Of a DNA stretch of 64,000 nt, positions 36,171-45,073 are shown piece by piece (the stretch's first letter is position 1; every line of letters starts with the position of its first letter). The stretch is from Alphaproteobacteria bacterium (lineage in GTDB: Bacteria > Pseudomonadota > Alphaproteobacteria > Micavibrionales > UBA2020), in NCBI GenBank assembly GCA_035437825.1, contig DAOMYX010000001.1:38986-102985 (forward strand), in the 5' to 3' direction. Both the position numbers and the translations under genes were made by a program. The notes below the pieces were generated by a model. That model saw only the letters and a program-made list of their open reading frames with translations, did no database searches and had not been told where the DNA came from.

Positions 36171-36668
36171 TTAGTCGTTATCTGCGCTGTCCAAATCGCC
36201 GTCGTTATCGTCTTGCTTATCGACGTCCTTGCGGATTTCGTAGCGGCCGAGGAGTTTGTCGATATGCGCGGCCTCGTCGAAGCTGCGGTCGATTTTGAAC
36301 GACAGCTTCGGCGTGTAGCGCAGGTCAAGCTCCCGCGCCATTTCGCTGCGGAAATAGCCGGAGGCACGGTTGAGAGCCTCCACAATCTCATCGGAATTAT
36401 TACCGCCCAGCGGCATGACAAAGACGGCCGCATGCTGCAAATCGGGGCCGATATCGACGGCCGTCACAGTAATCATGCCGGTATTTTGCAGGGCGGGGTC
36501 GCGCAGGCCGCCGCGGCGCATGATATCCGACAGAATATGGCGGATACGCTCGCCCACGCGCAGCTGGCGCTGGCCCGGCGCGACATGCGCGCCTGATTTT
36601 TTGTCAGGGCCGGAACGGCCCGGCGGTTGCACGCCGGCGTTTTTACCTGATTTGGAACGGCTTCTCAT
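36171..36668 (-). CDS. rbfA: ribosome-binding factor A
   Basis: RVGERIRHILSDIM..., ITVTAVDIGPDLQHAAVFV, and its position between infB and truB. Confidence 0.85.
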   Translation of the reverse strand: MRSRSKSGKNAGVQPPGRSGPDKKSGAHVAPGQRQLRVGERIRHILSDIMRRGGLRDPALQNTGMITVTAVDIGPDLQHAAVFVMPLGGNNSDEIVEALNRASGYFRSEMARELDLRYTPKLSFKIDRSFDEAAHIDKLLGRYEIRKDVDKQDDNDGDLDSADND

Positions 36669-36689
36669 CGTCGGATGGTATCGGCGGGC

Positions 36690-39320
36690 TTACGCTGCGC
36701 CGCCCTCCAGCGTACGGGCAGAGGATTCAATCTCGAATGCCTCGATAACGTCGCCTTCCTTGATGTCTTCGTAGTTGTCGAAGGCCATACCGCATTCATA
36801 ACCCTTCTGCACTTCTTTGACTTCATCCTTGAAGCGGCGGAGGGTTTTGAGCGTGCCTTCGTGGATAACCACGTTGTCGCGCAGCAGACGCACTTTGGCG
36901 CCGCGTTTGACGAGACCTTCGGTAACGAAGCAGCCGGCGATTTTGCCGTATTTCGTGACGTTGAAAACCTGACGGATTTCCGCGTAGCCGATGAACTTCT
37001 CTTTCAGCTCCGGCGACAGCAAACCCGTGAGCAGGGCTTTCACTTCGTCGATGACTTCGTAGATGATGGAGTAGTAGCGGATTTCGACGCCGTCACGCTT
37101 CGCCAGGTCGCGTGCCTGCGGGTTGGCGCGGACGTTGAAGCCGATGATAAGCGCGCCCGAAGCATTCGCCAGTGTGATATCGGATTCGGTAATAGCGCCG
37201 ACACCGGAGTGCATAACGCTGACTTTAACTTCGTTGTTTTCCTCGGTCAGCTTGTTCAGTGCGCCTGCGATAGCTTCGATAGAGCCATGCACGTCGCCCT
37301 TGATGATAACGGGCAGGGATTTCGCCGTGCCGGACTGGATGTCCTGAATCATCTGGTCAATCGCGCGGCCTTTGGATTTCGCGGCATGCAGCGCACGTTT
37401 GCGACGCAGGCGGAATTCCGAAATTTCGCGGGCTTTGGCTTCGTCCGTGACCACGACGAAATCGTCACCGGCGTCCGGCGTGCCGTTGAGGCCGAGGACT
37501 TCGATAGGCTGACCGGGCTGCGCGGCTTTGACGTGTTGCCCGCGGTCATTGTAAAGCGCGCGGACGCGGCCCCATTCGGTGCCGGTCACGAATACATCGC
37601 CCTGTTTCAAGGTGCCTTTTTGCACCAGAACCGTGGCGACGGAGCCTTTGCCCTGTTCCATGCGCGCTTCGATAACCGCACCGATACCGGTACGTTTCGG
37701 GTTGGCGCGCAGGTTGAGAACTTCTGCCTGCAGCAGAATGGACTCTTCGAGGGCGTCGAGGCCTTTTTTGGTTTTTGCGGATACTTCAACGTACTGCGTG
37801 TCGCCGCCCATATCTTCGGTCACGACTTCGTATTGCAGAAGCTCGGTGCGGACTTTTTGCGGGTTGGCGGTGGGCAGGTCGCATTTGTTGATGGCGACAA
37901 TCATCGGCTTGCCGGCAGCTTTGGCGTGGCTGATAGCTTCGACCGTTTGCGGCATCACGCTGTCGTCGGCCGCAACGACCAGAACGACGATGTCGGTGAC
38001 GTCCGCGCCGCGCGCGCGCATTTCAGTAAAGGCGGCGTGACCGGGGGTGTCGATGAAGGTGATTTTCTTGCTGGTGTTCGTCGTAATCTGGTACGCACCG
38101 ATGTGCTGGGTAATCCCGCCCGATTCATGCGCGGCGACATCTGCCTGACGGATAGCGTCAAGCAGAGAGGTTTTACCGTGGTCAACGTGACCCATGATGG
38201 TCACGACCGGCGGACGGTGAATGAGTTCGGCATCGCTGTCTTCTTCGCCGAGGATGTCGGATTCAACGTCGGATTCCGAAACGCGTTTCAGCGAATGGCC
38301 GAATTCATGCACGATAAGCTCGGCGGTGTCGGCGTCGATGGTCTGGGTGGCGGTCGCCATGATGCCCATGCCCATCAGCTTTTTCACGACATCGCCCACG
38401 CGCTCGGTCATACGGTTTGCAAGTTCCGAAACCGTGATAACTTCGGGGATGATGACTTCGCGGTATTGTTTGCTCTGCTGCTGCTGCGATTGCATTTTCA
38501 TGCGCATGCGTTCGCGCGCGCGGCGCTGCGCGGCGAGGGACGGGCTCTTGGAATCGCGGTCTTCGAAACCGTCGTTGAGAACCTGCGAAACCGTCATTTT
38601 GGCGGTCGAGCGGCGGCGTTCCTGACCGTAACGCGACAGGGCGCCGCGCTTGCGGTTGATTTCTTCGGCAATCGACGGGGCATTTTCGCGTCCGTCGCCA
38701 CGGCCGTGGCCGTCGAACTTGCCGCGACCCGCACCGCGGCTTTCAGCGGCTTGTGCATCGGCGGGCGAGGCGACGCTCGGACGTGCGGAAGAAGCATTGG
38801 AGGCGGCGGATTTGCGCGCATCCGCGTCGCGTTTGCGGCGGTCTTGTTCTTCCTGTTCGTTGATTTTGCGCAGTTTGGCCAATTCCTGTTCGCGTGCCTG
38901 TTCGGCGGGCGATTTGGCGGGGGTTGCGGGCGCGGCGGCTTCGTCTGCCTTGGGCGCTTCTTCCTCTACCGGTTTGGATTTGACCACGACCTGCGTCTGG
39001 TATTGCGTTGCGGGCGTGTTGTCCTTGGGCGCGTGCTGCGCTTGTTGCAGCGCGCGCGTGCGGGCTTCGCGTTCCGCATCCGTCAGGTGCAGGTCTTGAT
39101 GTTCGTCCTGCTGGCGTGCCTGTTCGGCTTCGCGGCCGCGGCGTTTTTTCACCTCGACGGCAACCGGCTTGGCCGAACGGCCGACCGCGACGTTCTGGCG
39201 CGCGGCGCCCGTCGAAACCGGAGCCTTCAGGCTGAGCGTACCCTTGCCGGCGCCCAGCGTCAGTTTGCCGGATTCCTTGGGTTGCTCTTTCTTGGGCTCT
39301 TTTTTGTCTTGTTCAGCCAT
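36690..39320 (-). CDS. infB: translation initiation factor IF-2
   Basis: [28 protein letters not shown]-domain motifs. Confidence 0.95.
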   Translation of the reverse strand: MAEQDKKEPKKEQPKESGKLTLGAGKGTLSLKAPVSTGAARQNVAVGRSAKPVAVEVKKRRGREAEQARQQDEHQDLHLTDAEREARTRALQQAQHAPKDNTPATQYQTQVVVKSKPVEEEAPKADEAAAPATPAKSPAEQAREQELAKLRKINEQEEQDRRKRDADARKSAASNASSARPSVASPADAQAAESRGAGRGKFDGHGRGDGRENAPSIAEEINRKRGALSRYGQERRRSTAKMTVSQVLNDGFEDRDSKSPSLAAQRRARERMRMKMQSQQQQSKQYREVIIPEVITVSELANRMTERVGDVVKKLMGMGIMATATQTIDADTAELIVHEFGHSLKRVSESDVESDILGEEDSDAELIHRPPVVTIMGHVDHGKTSLLDAIRQADVAAHESGGITQHIGAYQITTNTSKKITFIDTPGHAAFTEMRARGADVTDIVVLVVAADDSVMPQTVEAISHAKAAGKPMIVAINKCDLPTANPQKVRTELLQYEVVTEDMGGDTQYVEVSAKTKKGLDALEESILLQAEVLNLRANPKRTGIGAVIEARMEQGKGSVATVLVQKGTLKQGDVFVTGTEWGRVRALYNDRGQHVKAAQPGQPIEVLGLNGTPDAGDDFVVVTDEAKAREISEFRLRRKRALHAAKSKGRAIDQMIQDIQSGTAKSLPVIIKGDVHGSIEAIAGALNKLTEENNEVKVSVMHSGVGAITESDITLANASGALIIGFNVRANPQARDLAKRDGVEIRYYSIIYEVIDEVKALLTGLLSPELKEKFIGYAEIRQVFNVTKYGKIAGCFVTEGLVKRGAKVRLLRDNVVIHEGTLKTLRRFKDEVKEVQKGYECGMAFDNYEDIKEGDVIEAFEIESSARTLEGGAA

Positions 39321-39382
39321 TGTCGTGTGTTGCCTTCCTGATGGATGTCAAAGTGTTGGGGCGCGCCGGTTACATGGCGGCG

Positions 39383-40915
39383 TTACCCGTTGGCGGCTTC
39401 CGCAGCGGCTTGTTCTTCCTCTTCGGTGAACCAGCCGGCGCGTGCCGTCATGATGATGTTGTTGGCCTGGCTTTCGGTCAGGTTGTCCTGGCCGACGATG
39501 TCGCGCAGCTCGTCGCCTGCGAGGTCGCCGAGGTCGTCCAGCGTCTTGACGCCGTTGTTGCCAAGCGCAAGAACCATGTCCTGCGTCAGGCCGGCAACGC
39601 CGGTCAGCTCGCTGCTGATGCCCAGTTCCTTGGCCGTTTTTTCGAATTCGATTTTCTTGGCGGCAAGGAAGTTGGCGGCGCGGTTGTTCAGCTCGGCGGC
39701 GACGTCGCCGTCGAAGCCTTCGATACGCGCCAGTTCGTCAATCGAGGTTTCAACGATGTCTTCGATGGACGTGAAGCCTTCGACAACCAGCAGGTGGGCG
39801 ATAACTTCATCCACGTCCAGTGCTTCCATGAACAGCGAAGAGCGGGTCTTGAATTCGCTCTGGCGGCGTTCGCTTTCCTCGGCTTCGGTCATGATGTCGA
39901 TGTTCCAGCCGGACAGCTGGGTGGCAAGGCGCACGTTCTGGCCGCGGCGGCCGATGGCCAGGCTGAGCTGGTCGTCGGGCACGACAACGTCAAGGCGGTT
40001 GCTGTCTTCGTCAAGAACGACCTTGGTGACTTCAGCCGGGGCGAGGGCGTTGACCACGAAGGTCGCGACGTCCTGTGTCCAGGGAATGATGTCGATTTTC
40101 TCGCCTTGCAGTTCGCCAACGACGGCCTGCACGCGGCTGCCGCGCATACCAACGCAGGCGCCAACGGGGTCGATGGAGCTGTCGCGGGAAATAACGGCGA
40201 TTTTGGCGCGCGAACCGGGGTCGCGGGCAACGGCTTTAATCTCGATAACGCCGTCGTAGATTTCCGGCACTTCCTGCTTGAACAGTTTGGCGAGGAAGTC
40301 GGGATGCGTGCGGCTGATGAAAATCTGCGGGCCGCGCTGTTCGCGGCGTACATCGAAGATGTAGGCGCGGACGCGGTCGCCGGTTTTGAAATGTTCGCGC
40401 GGCAGGGCATCCTGACGGCGCATGTAGCCTTCGCCGCGGCCAAGGTCGATGGTCACGTTGCCGTATTCGACACGTTTGACAACGCCGGAAACGATTTCGC
40501 CCACGCGGTCTTGGTATTCTTCGAACATGCGCTCGCGCTCGGCGTCACGCACTTTCTGGAAGATAACCTGTTTCGCGGTCTGCGCAGCGATACGGCCGAA
40601 ATCGAGCGGCGGCAGTTTATCGACGATGAAACCGCCCAGTTCGATGTCTTTCTGGATTTTCTTCGCGTCCTTGACGAGGATGCATTTGGCTTCGGATTCC
40701 GGATTTTCCGGGTCGAAGGCTTCGACAACTTCGCGGTAGCGGAACAGGGAGATATCGCCCGACTTGCGGTCGATGACGGCACGGATATCGTGGTCATAGC
40801 CGTATTTGGAGCGGCCTGCTTTTTGAATGGCTTCTTCCATTGCCTGAATGACGACATCTTTGTCGATGTTTTTCTCGCGGGCAACTGCATCGGCTACTTG
40901 AAGGAGTTCTTGCAT
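39383..40915 (-). CDS. nusA: transcription termination/antitermination factor NusA
   Basis: S1 and KH domains ([35 protein letters not shown]) and C-terminal acidic repeats. Confidence 0.93.
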   Translation of the reverse strand: MQELLQVADAVAREKNIDKDVVIQAMEEAIQKAGRSKYGYDHDIRAVIDRKSGDISLFRYREVVEAFDPENPESEAKCILVKDAKKIQKDIELGGFIVDKLPPLDFGRIAAQTAKQVIFQKVRDAERERMFEEYQDRVGEIVSGVVKRVEYGNVTIDLGRGEGYMRRQDALPREHFKTGDRVRAYIFDVRREQRGPQIFISRTHPDFLAKLFKQEVPEIYDGVIEIKAVARDPGSRAKIAVISRDSSIDPVGACVGMRGSRVQAVVGELQGEKIDIIPWTQDVATFVVNALAPAEVTKVVLDEDSNRLDVVVPDDQLSLAIGRRGQNVRLATQLSGWNIDIMTEAEESERRQSEFKTRSSLFMEALDVDEVIAHLLVVEGFTSIEDIVETSIDELARIEGFDGDVAAELNNRAANFLAAKKIEFEKTAKELGISSELTGVAGLTQDMVLALGNNGVKTLDDLGDLAGDELRDIVGQDNLTESQANNIIMTARAGWFTEEEEQAAAEAANG

Positions 40916-40971
40916 CGTCGTGTTCCTGTTTTTTGTCCTGTTACTCTGTTGTTTTCAACTTTGGCGGCGGG

Positions 40972-41673
40972 TTATTTGCTGCCTGTTTTCTTTTTGTTTT
41001 TCAGTTTGTTTTTCGGGTTTCGTTTCGGGTCGGGCGTTTTGTGTTTTGGCGCCTTGCCTTGCGGTTTGGCTTTTTTTGCCGGGGCGTCTTCGCTATCTTC
41101 GCTGTCGTCTTCTTCGAGGTCGAAGTCTTCATCCAGCTCTTCGCCCGCATCGAGGCGTTTTTTCTTGGAGTCTTTTTCCGCCTTCATCGCCGCGCGGATA
41201 AGCTCGTCCGTCAGAACCAGTTTCGCCTTGTCGAGGTCGGCGAAGGGCAGGCGCGCCATTTCGCCGCTTTCTTCTTCAAGAAGGACCGTCTCGCCTTCAA
41301 TGCCGCGCAGGATACCTTTGAACTTGCGCTGGCCGTTGATGGCGGCGTGCATTTCAATGCGCGCCTCGAAATCCGCATAGCGGTCGAAATCTTTCAGGCG
41401 CGTCAGCGGGCGGTCGATACCGGGGGAGCTGACTTCGAGGTTATAAGCCTCTTCAATCAAATTCTCGACGTCGAGCAGGGCGGACACCGCCTGGCTCAGG
41501 CGCGAGCAATCGTCAATCAGCATCGTGCCGTCGGGGCGCTCCGCCATAATCTGCAACGTCGGGCGGGAGGAGCCGGCGCCAATCATCAAAACGCGCACGA
41601 GTTCATACCCCATGCTTTGTGCCGTGGGGGCGATGGTGCGTTCGATTTTTTTAATCAGTGTGCCGTGTTCCAT
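40972..41673 (-). CDS. rimP: ribosome maturation factor RimP with acidic/lysine-rich C-terminal tail
   Basis: ORF 40972..41724; I prefer ATG 41673 (MEHGTLIKKIE). YELVRV, LEVSSPGIDRPL. Tail: EDDSEDSEDAPAKKAKPQGKAPKHK... Confidence 0.85.
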   Translation of the reverse strand: MEHGTLIKKIERTIAPTAQSMGYELVRVLMIGAGSSRPTLQIMAERPDGTMLIDDCSRLSQAVSALLDVENLIEEAYNLEVSSPGIDRPLTRLKDFDRYADFEARIEMHAAINGQRKFKGILRGIEGETVLLEEESGEMARLPFADLDKAKLVLTDELIRAAMKAEKDSKKKRLDAGEELDEDFDLEEDDSEDSEDAPAKKAKPQGKAPKHKTPDPKRNPKNKLKNKKKTGSK

Positions 41674-41842
41674 GTTCTCTTCCGTCTTGGCCCTAAGCAA
41701 AAGGGCGGGCTCTTTCGAGCCCACCCTTTTTATAATGCTTGGGATTTAGCAGTGTTATATGCCCGAAAGCCCCGTTTCGCAAGCGGTTTTTGGCCAAAAA
41801 CGGGCTAAAATCCGAAAAATAAAGCCAAAAAATGCCTGATTT

Positions 41843-42307
41843 TTAAGGTTTCAGCCATTTATACATCAGCGGCTGGCCTGCGCTGCCCGTCATGCCCGGC
41901 CATTCCTGGTATCCGAGTCTTTCGTAAAAGCGGGAGGCGGGGTTGTCGCGGCGGGTTTCGTCTTCAAGGCTGATATAGGCCTTTTTGCCGTCCAGCCATT
42001 CGCGCTGCATGAAATCTTCGGCGTGGCGCATAAGTTCCTGGCCGATGCCTGCGCCGCGCGCGGATTTATCGACGGCCAACAGGCTGACGGACAGGCTGTT
42101 CATGAATTTGTGGCAACGGACGAGGCCAAGCAGCTGGCCATCGCGGGCGGCGGCGAAAATTTGCGTCAACCCGCCATGTTGTTCTTTCAGCTCCTGCCTG
42201 TTGCGGGCGGCAGGCACGTTGAACGCTTCGCACAGCAGATGCGCAGCCGCTTCCAGCTGGTGGTCTTTTATGGGCTCTATAAGCAGCGGGGTTGGGCTGT
42301 TTTTCAT
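41843..42307 (-). CDS. GNAT family N-acetyltransferase (copy A)
   Basis: LLAVDKSARGAGIGQELMRHAE acetyl-CoA binding motif. ATGA overlap with copy B. Confidence 0.8.
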   Translation of the reverse strand: MKNSPTPLLIEPIKDHQLEAAAHLLCEAFNVPAARNRQELKEQHGGLTQIFAAARDGQLLGLVRCHKFMNSLSVSLLAVDKSARGAGIGQELMRHAEDFMQREWLDGKKAYISLEDETRRDNPASRFYERLGYQEWPGMTGSAGQPLMYKWLKP

Positions 42308-42786
42308 GGTGCGGGCGGCTGCGGTTTCAGGGTTTTATAGAGCAGGGGCATGCCGCTTTGGCTCATGCCGAACCATTCCTTGTAGCCCATGTTTTCGTAG
42401 TAGCGGGACATGTTGTTGCCGCGCTTGGTCAGGTCTTCGATAAGCACGTCTTTTTCTTTGCCGTCCAGCCAGTGGCGCTGCATGAATTTTTCGGTGTGTC
42501 GCATCAGGCTGGCACCGACGCCGTGTTTGCGGTGTTCCTGCTCGACGGCCAGAAGCTCGATGGTCAGGGTGCTGGCGGTGGCGGGGCCTTTGCGCTCGCA
42601 TATCGCAACGCCGATAACGGCATCTTTGCGCGTGGCGACGAAGGCCTGCATCAGATGCCCCTTGGCGGGGATATCTGCCAGCTGCTGTTCAGTATGAAAG
42701 GCAGACGAATTGAACGCGCGCGCCAGTACCAGCGCGGCGGCGGGAATATCCTTTTCAGTCATCGGTCTGATGAACAGCGGTTCCAT
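42304..42786 (-). CDS. GNAT family N-acetyltransferase (copy B, tandem paralog)
   Basis: LLAVEQEHRKHGVGASLMRHTE. The C-terminal halves of A and B align residue for residue (FMQR.WLDGK...Y..GY.EW.GM...G.PL.YK.LKP). Confidence 0.8.
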   Translation of the reverse strand: MEPLFIRPMTEKDIPAAALVLARAFNSSAFHTEQQLADIPAKGHLMQAFVATRKDAVIGVAICERKGPATASTLTIELLAVEQEHRKHGVGASLMRHTEKFMQRHWLDGKEKDVLIEDLTKRGNNMSRYYENMGYKEWFGMSQSGMPLLYKTLKPQPPAP

Positions 42787-42841
42787 ATCTGCCTTGTTTT
42801 TATTGGGGTTTTTATTTTATACCCAAAAAAGACAGGTTATG

Positions 42842-43546
42842 TCAACCCTTGCGGGTAAAGTTCAGGAACACAGTGGGGCGTCCGGCCTTTAAACCCTTGT
42901 TTTGAAACTTGGTTTCCGGCAGGTCGGCGGGGCGGGTCTGCCAGTCGGCGGCGCATTTGGCCTGCCATTCAAACCCGGGATGCGCACATGTTTTTTCAAC
43001 CAGCCATTCGGCAAGGTCGGGGTGGTCTGTCGCCATGCGGAATTCGGCACCGGGTTTCAAAAGCGCATGCAGCTTGTCCAGCATCTCGGTCTGGATAAAG
43101 CGCCGTTTGTGGTGGCGTTTTTTCGGCCACGGGTCTGCGTTGATGATGAAAAGCCTGTCCAGCGATTGCGCAGGCAGGCGCGAGAGCAGCAGCCGCGCAT
43201 CATCCGGCCAGATGCGCACGTTCTTGAGGCCATGTTCGCCGATTTGCATGCACAGTGCGGCGATGCCGTTGATGAAGGGCTCGCAGCCGATAAAGCCGAC
43301 ATCCGGATTGTTTTTTGCATGCCATGCCAGATGTTCGCCATGGCCGAAGCCGATTTCCATCCAGACCTGTTTGACTGGCGCATCGAAAAAAGACGCAGGC
43401 TCAACCGGCGCATCGCCTGCGGGCAGGGCAAGCGTGACCGCAGGCAGGATGCCTTCGTAGGCACCCTGCTGCTGCGTACGCAATTTCTTGCCCTTGCGCC
43501 GGCCATAAAACTGGCGCTTCTGGGCGGGCTTTGCGGCGTCGGTCAT
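42842..43546 (-). CDS. trmB: tRNA (guanine-N7)-methyltransferase
   Basis: EIGFGHGEHLA, NADPWPKKRHHKRR motifs. Confidence 0.88.
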   Translation of the reverse strand: MTDAAKPAQKRQFYGRRKGKKLRTQQQGAYEGILPAVTLALPAGDAPVEPASFFDAPVKQVWMEIGFGHGEHLAWHAKNNPDVGFIGCEPFINGIAALCMQIGEHGLKNVRIWPDDARLLLSRLPAQSLDRLFIINADPWPKKRHHKRRFIQTEMLDKLHALLKPGAEFRMATDHPDLAEWLVEKTCAHPGFEWQAKCAADWQTRPADLPETKFQNKGLKAGRPTVFLNFTRKG

Positions 43547-43571
43547 GATAACGGCGTATCCGCGGAAGTGA

Positions 43572-44801
43572 TTAGCGTTTGAAATCGGCCACGCGGACGT
43601 TGTCGCTCAGCTCCGCGTCTTTGTATTTCTTGGAGCTGATTTCGTTTTTCAACGCTTCAACGAGGTCGAGTTTTTCCCATGTGAAGCCGCCGTCTGCTTC
43701 CGCTGCGCGGCCGAAGTGGCCGTAGGCGGCAGTGCGGGCATAGATGGGCTTGTTGAGGTTCAGACGCTCGCGGATGGCGCGGGGACGGAAATCCGCCGTT
43801 GCCTGCAGGGCAAGAGACAGCGCCGCGTCGTCATAGCGGCCCGTGCCATGCGTGTTCACGAAAATCGAAATCGGGTGCGATACGCCGATGGCATAGGACA
43901 GCTGGATGGTGCAGCGGTCGGCAAGGCCTGCGGCCACGATGTTTTTCGCGGCATGACGCGCGGCATAAGCGGCCGAGCGGTCAACCTTCGTCGGGTCTTT
44001 GCCGGAGAAAGCGCCGCCACCGTGCGGGGCTGCGCCGCCGTAGGTATCGACGATGATTTTACGGCCGGTCAGGCCGCAGTCGCCATCGGGGCCGCCGATG
44101 ACAAAACGACCCGTCGGGTTGACGTAGAACTGGCTTTCATCGCACATCCAGCCTTCGGGCAGGATGTTGGTGACGTGGGGGCGTACCATTTCGCGAACCT
44201 CTTCGGTCGAAAGGCTGGCGTCGTGCTGCGTCGAGACAACAACAGACGTTGCGCGCACAGGTTTGCCGTTCACATACTCAAGGCTGACCTGGCTTTTCGC
44301 ATCGGGCCCGAGTTTGTAAAGCGCGCCGCTGTGGCGGGCTTCGGCCAGCGATTTCAGGATAGCGTGCGAATAGTGGATGGCGGCCGGCATAAACTGGTCG
44401 GTTTCGCGGCAGGCGTAGCCGAACATGATGCCCTGGTCGCCGGCGCCTTCGTCCTTGTCGCCTGCGGCGTCAACGCCCTGTGCGATGTCGGCGGATTGCG
44501 CATGTAGGCGCACATCGACCTTGATTTTTTCCCAATGGAATTCTTCCTGCTTGTAGCCGATATCGCGCACCGCGTGGCGGGCGATGGTTTCAATCACGTC
44601 CGGCGTGATGGAAGCGGGGCCGCGCGTTTCACCGGCGATGCACAGGAAACCCGTGGTGGCCAGACATTCAGCAGCGACGCGCGCGTGGGGGTCTGCATTC
44701 AGATAGGCATCGACGATTGCGTCGGAAACGCGGTCGCAGACTTTATCCGGATGTCCCTCGCCAACGGATTCACTGGTGAAGATATATTTTTGGTCAGCCA
44801 T
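43572..44801 (-). CDS. metK: S-adenosylmethionine synthase
   Basis: ORF 43572..44831; I prefer ATG 44801 ([20 protein letters not shown]). [28 protein letters not shown]. Confidence 0.95.
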   Translation of the reverse strand: MADQKYIFTSESVGEGHPDKVCDRVSDAIVDAYLNADPHARVAAECLATTGFLCIAGETRGPASITPDVIETIARHAVRDIGYKQEEFHWEKIKVDVRLHAQSADIAQGVDAAGDKDEGAGDQGIMFGYACRETDQFMPAAIHYSHAILKSLAEARHSGALYKLGPDAKSQVSLEYVNGKPVRATSVVVSTQHDASLSTEEVREMVRPHVTNILPEGWMCDESQFYVNPTGRFVIGGPDGDCGLTGRKIIVDTYGGAAPHGGGAFSGKDPTKVDRSAAYAARHAAKNIVAAGLADRCTIQLSYAIGVSHPISIFVNTHGTGRYDDAALSLALQATADFRPRAIRERLNLNKPIYARTAAYGHFGRAAEADGGFTWEKLDLVEALKNEISSKKYKDAELSDNVRVADFKR

Positions 44802-45000
44802 GGTTTTTTCCTGCTTATTTATGTTTGTCATACTTGTTCTTTTTATACGTCACGCTTTTACCCCCCTCAATCGTTAAATCCTGCGGCGCAAAAAAAGGCG
44901 GGGGCGGGGCGAAAGAAGATTTCAAAAATCAGCGGCGGCGCCAATTTTTGTTTAACGTAACTTTTCTTGAACGGTTTTTCGTATCATATTCACATTGACG

Positions 45001-45014
45001 CATACGAATGTATG
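45001..45014. promoter_or_regulatory. palindromic motif CATAC-GAAT-GTATG upstream of adhesin gene
   Basis: Read directly, 60-79 nt upstream of the adhesin start. A near-identical copy lies at 48114-48126. Extra GTAT/ATAC half-sites occur at 44980-45030. Confidence 0.35.
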
Positions 45015-45073
45015 GACGTAGTATGGAGCTAAGTGATTTAAATACCGCACTTTTTTAGTGCCATAAGGTTTTT

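Noticed and set aside
36675-41380. Two long plus-strand ORFs (888 aa and 686 aa) opposite infB and nusA.
   Set aside because: The minus-strand products are unmistakable IF-2 and NusA. The plus-strand translations are low-complexity shadow frames.
44802-44960. A possible SAM-sensing riboswitch in the 5' leader of metK (minus strand).
   Set aside because: I read the leader looking for SAM-II or SAM-SAH style pseudoknot elements. I found only loosely similar fragments (GATTT…AAAGCG) and a G-rich run, with no convincing helices. A covariance-model scan (Rfam RF00521, RF01727, RF01826) would be decisive.
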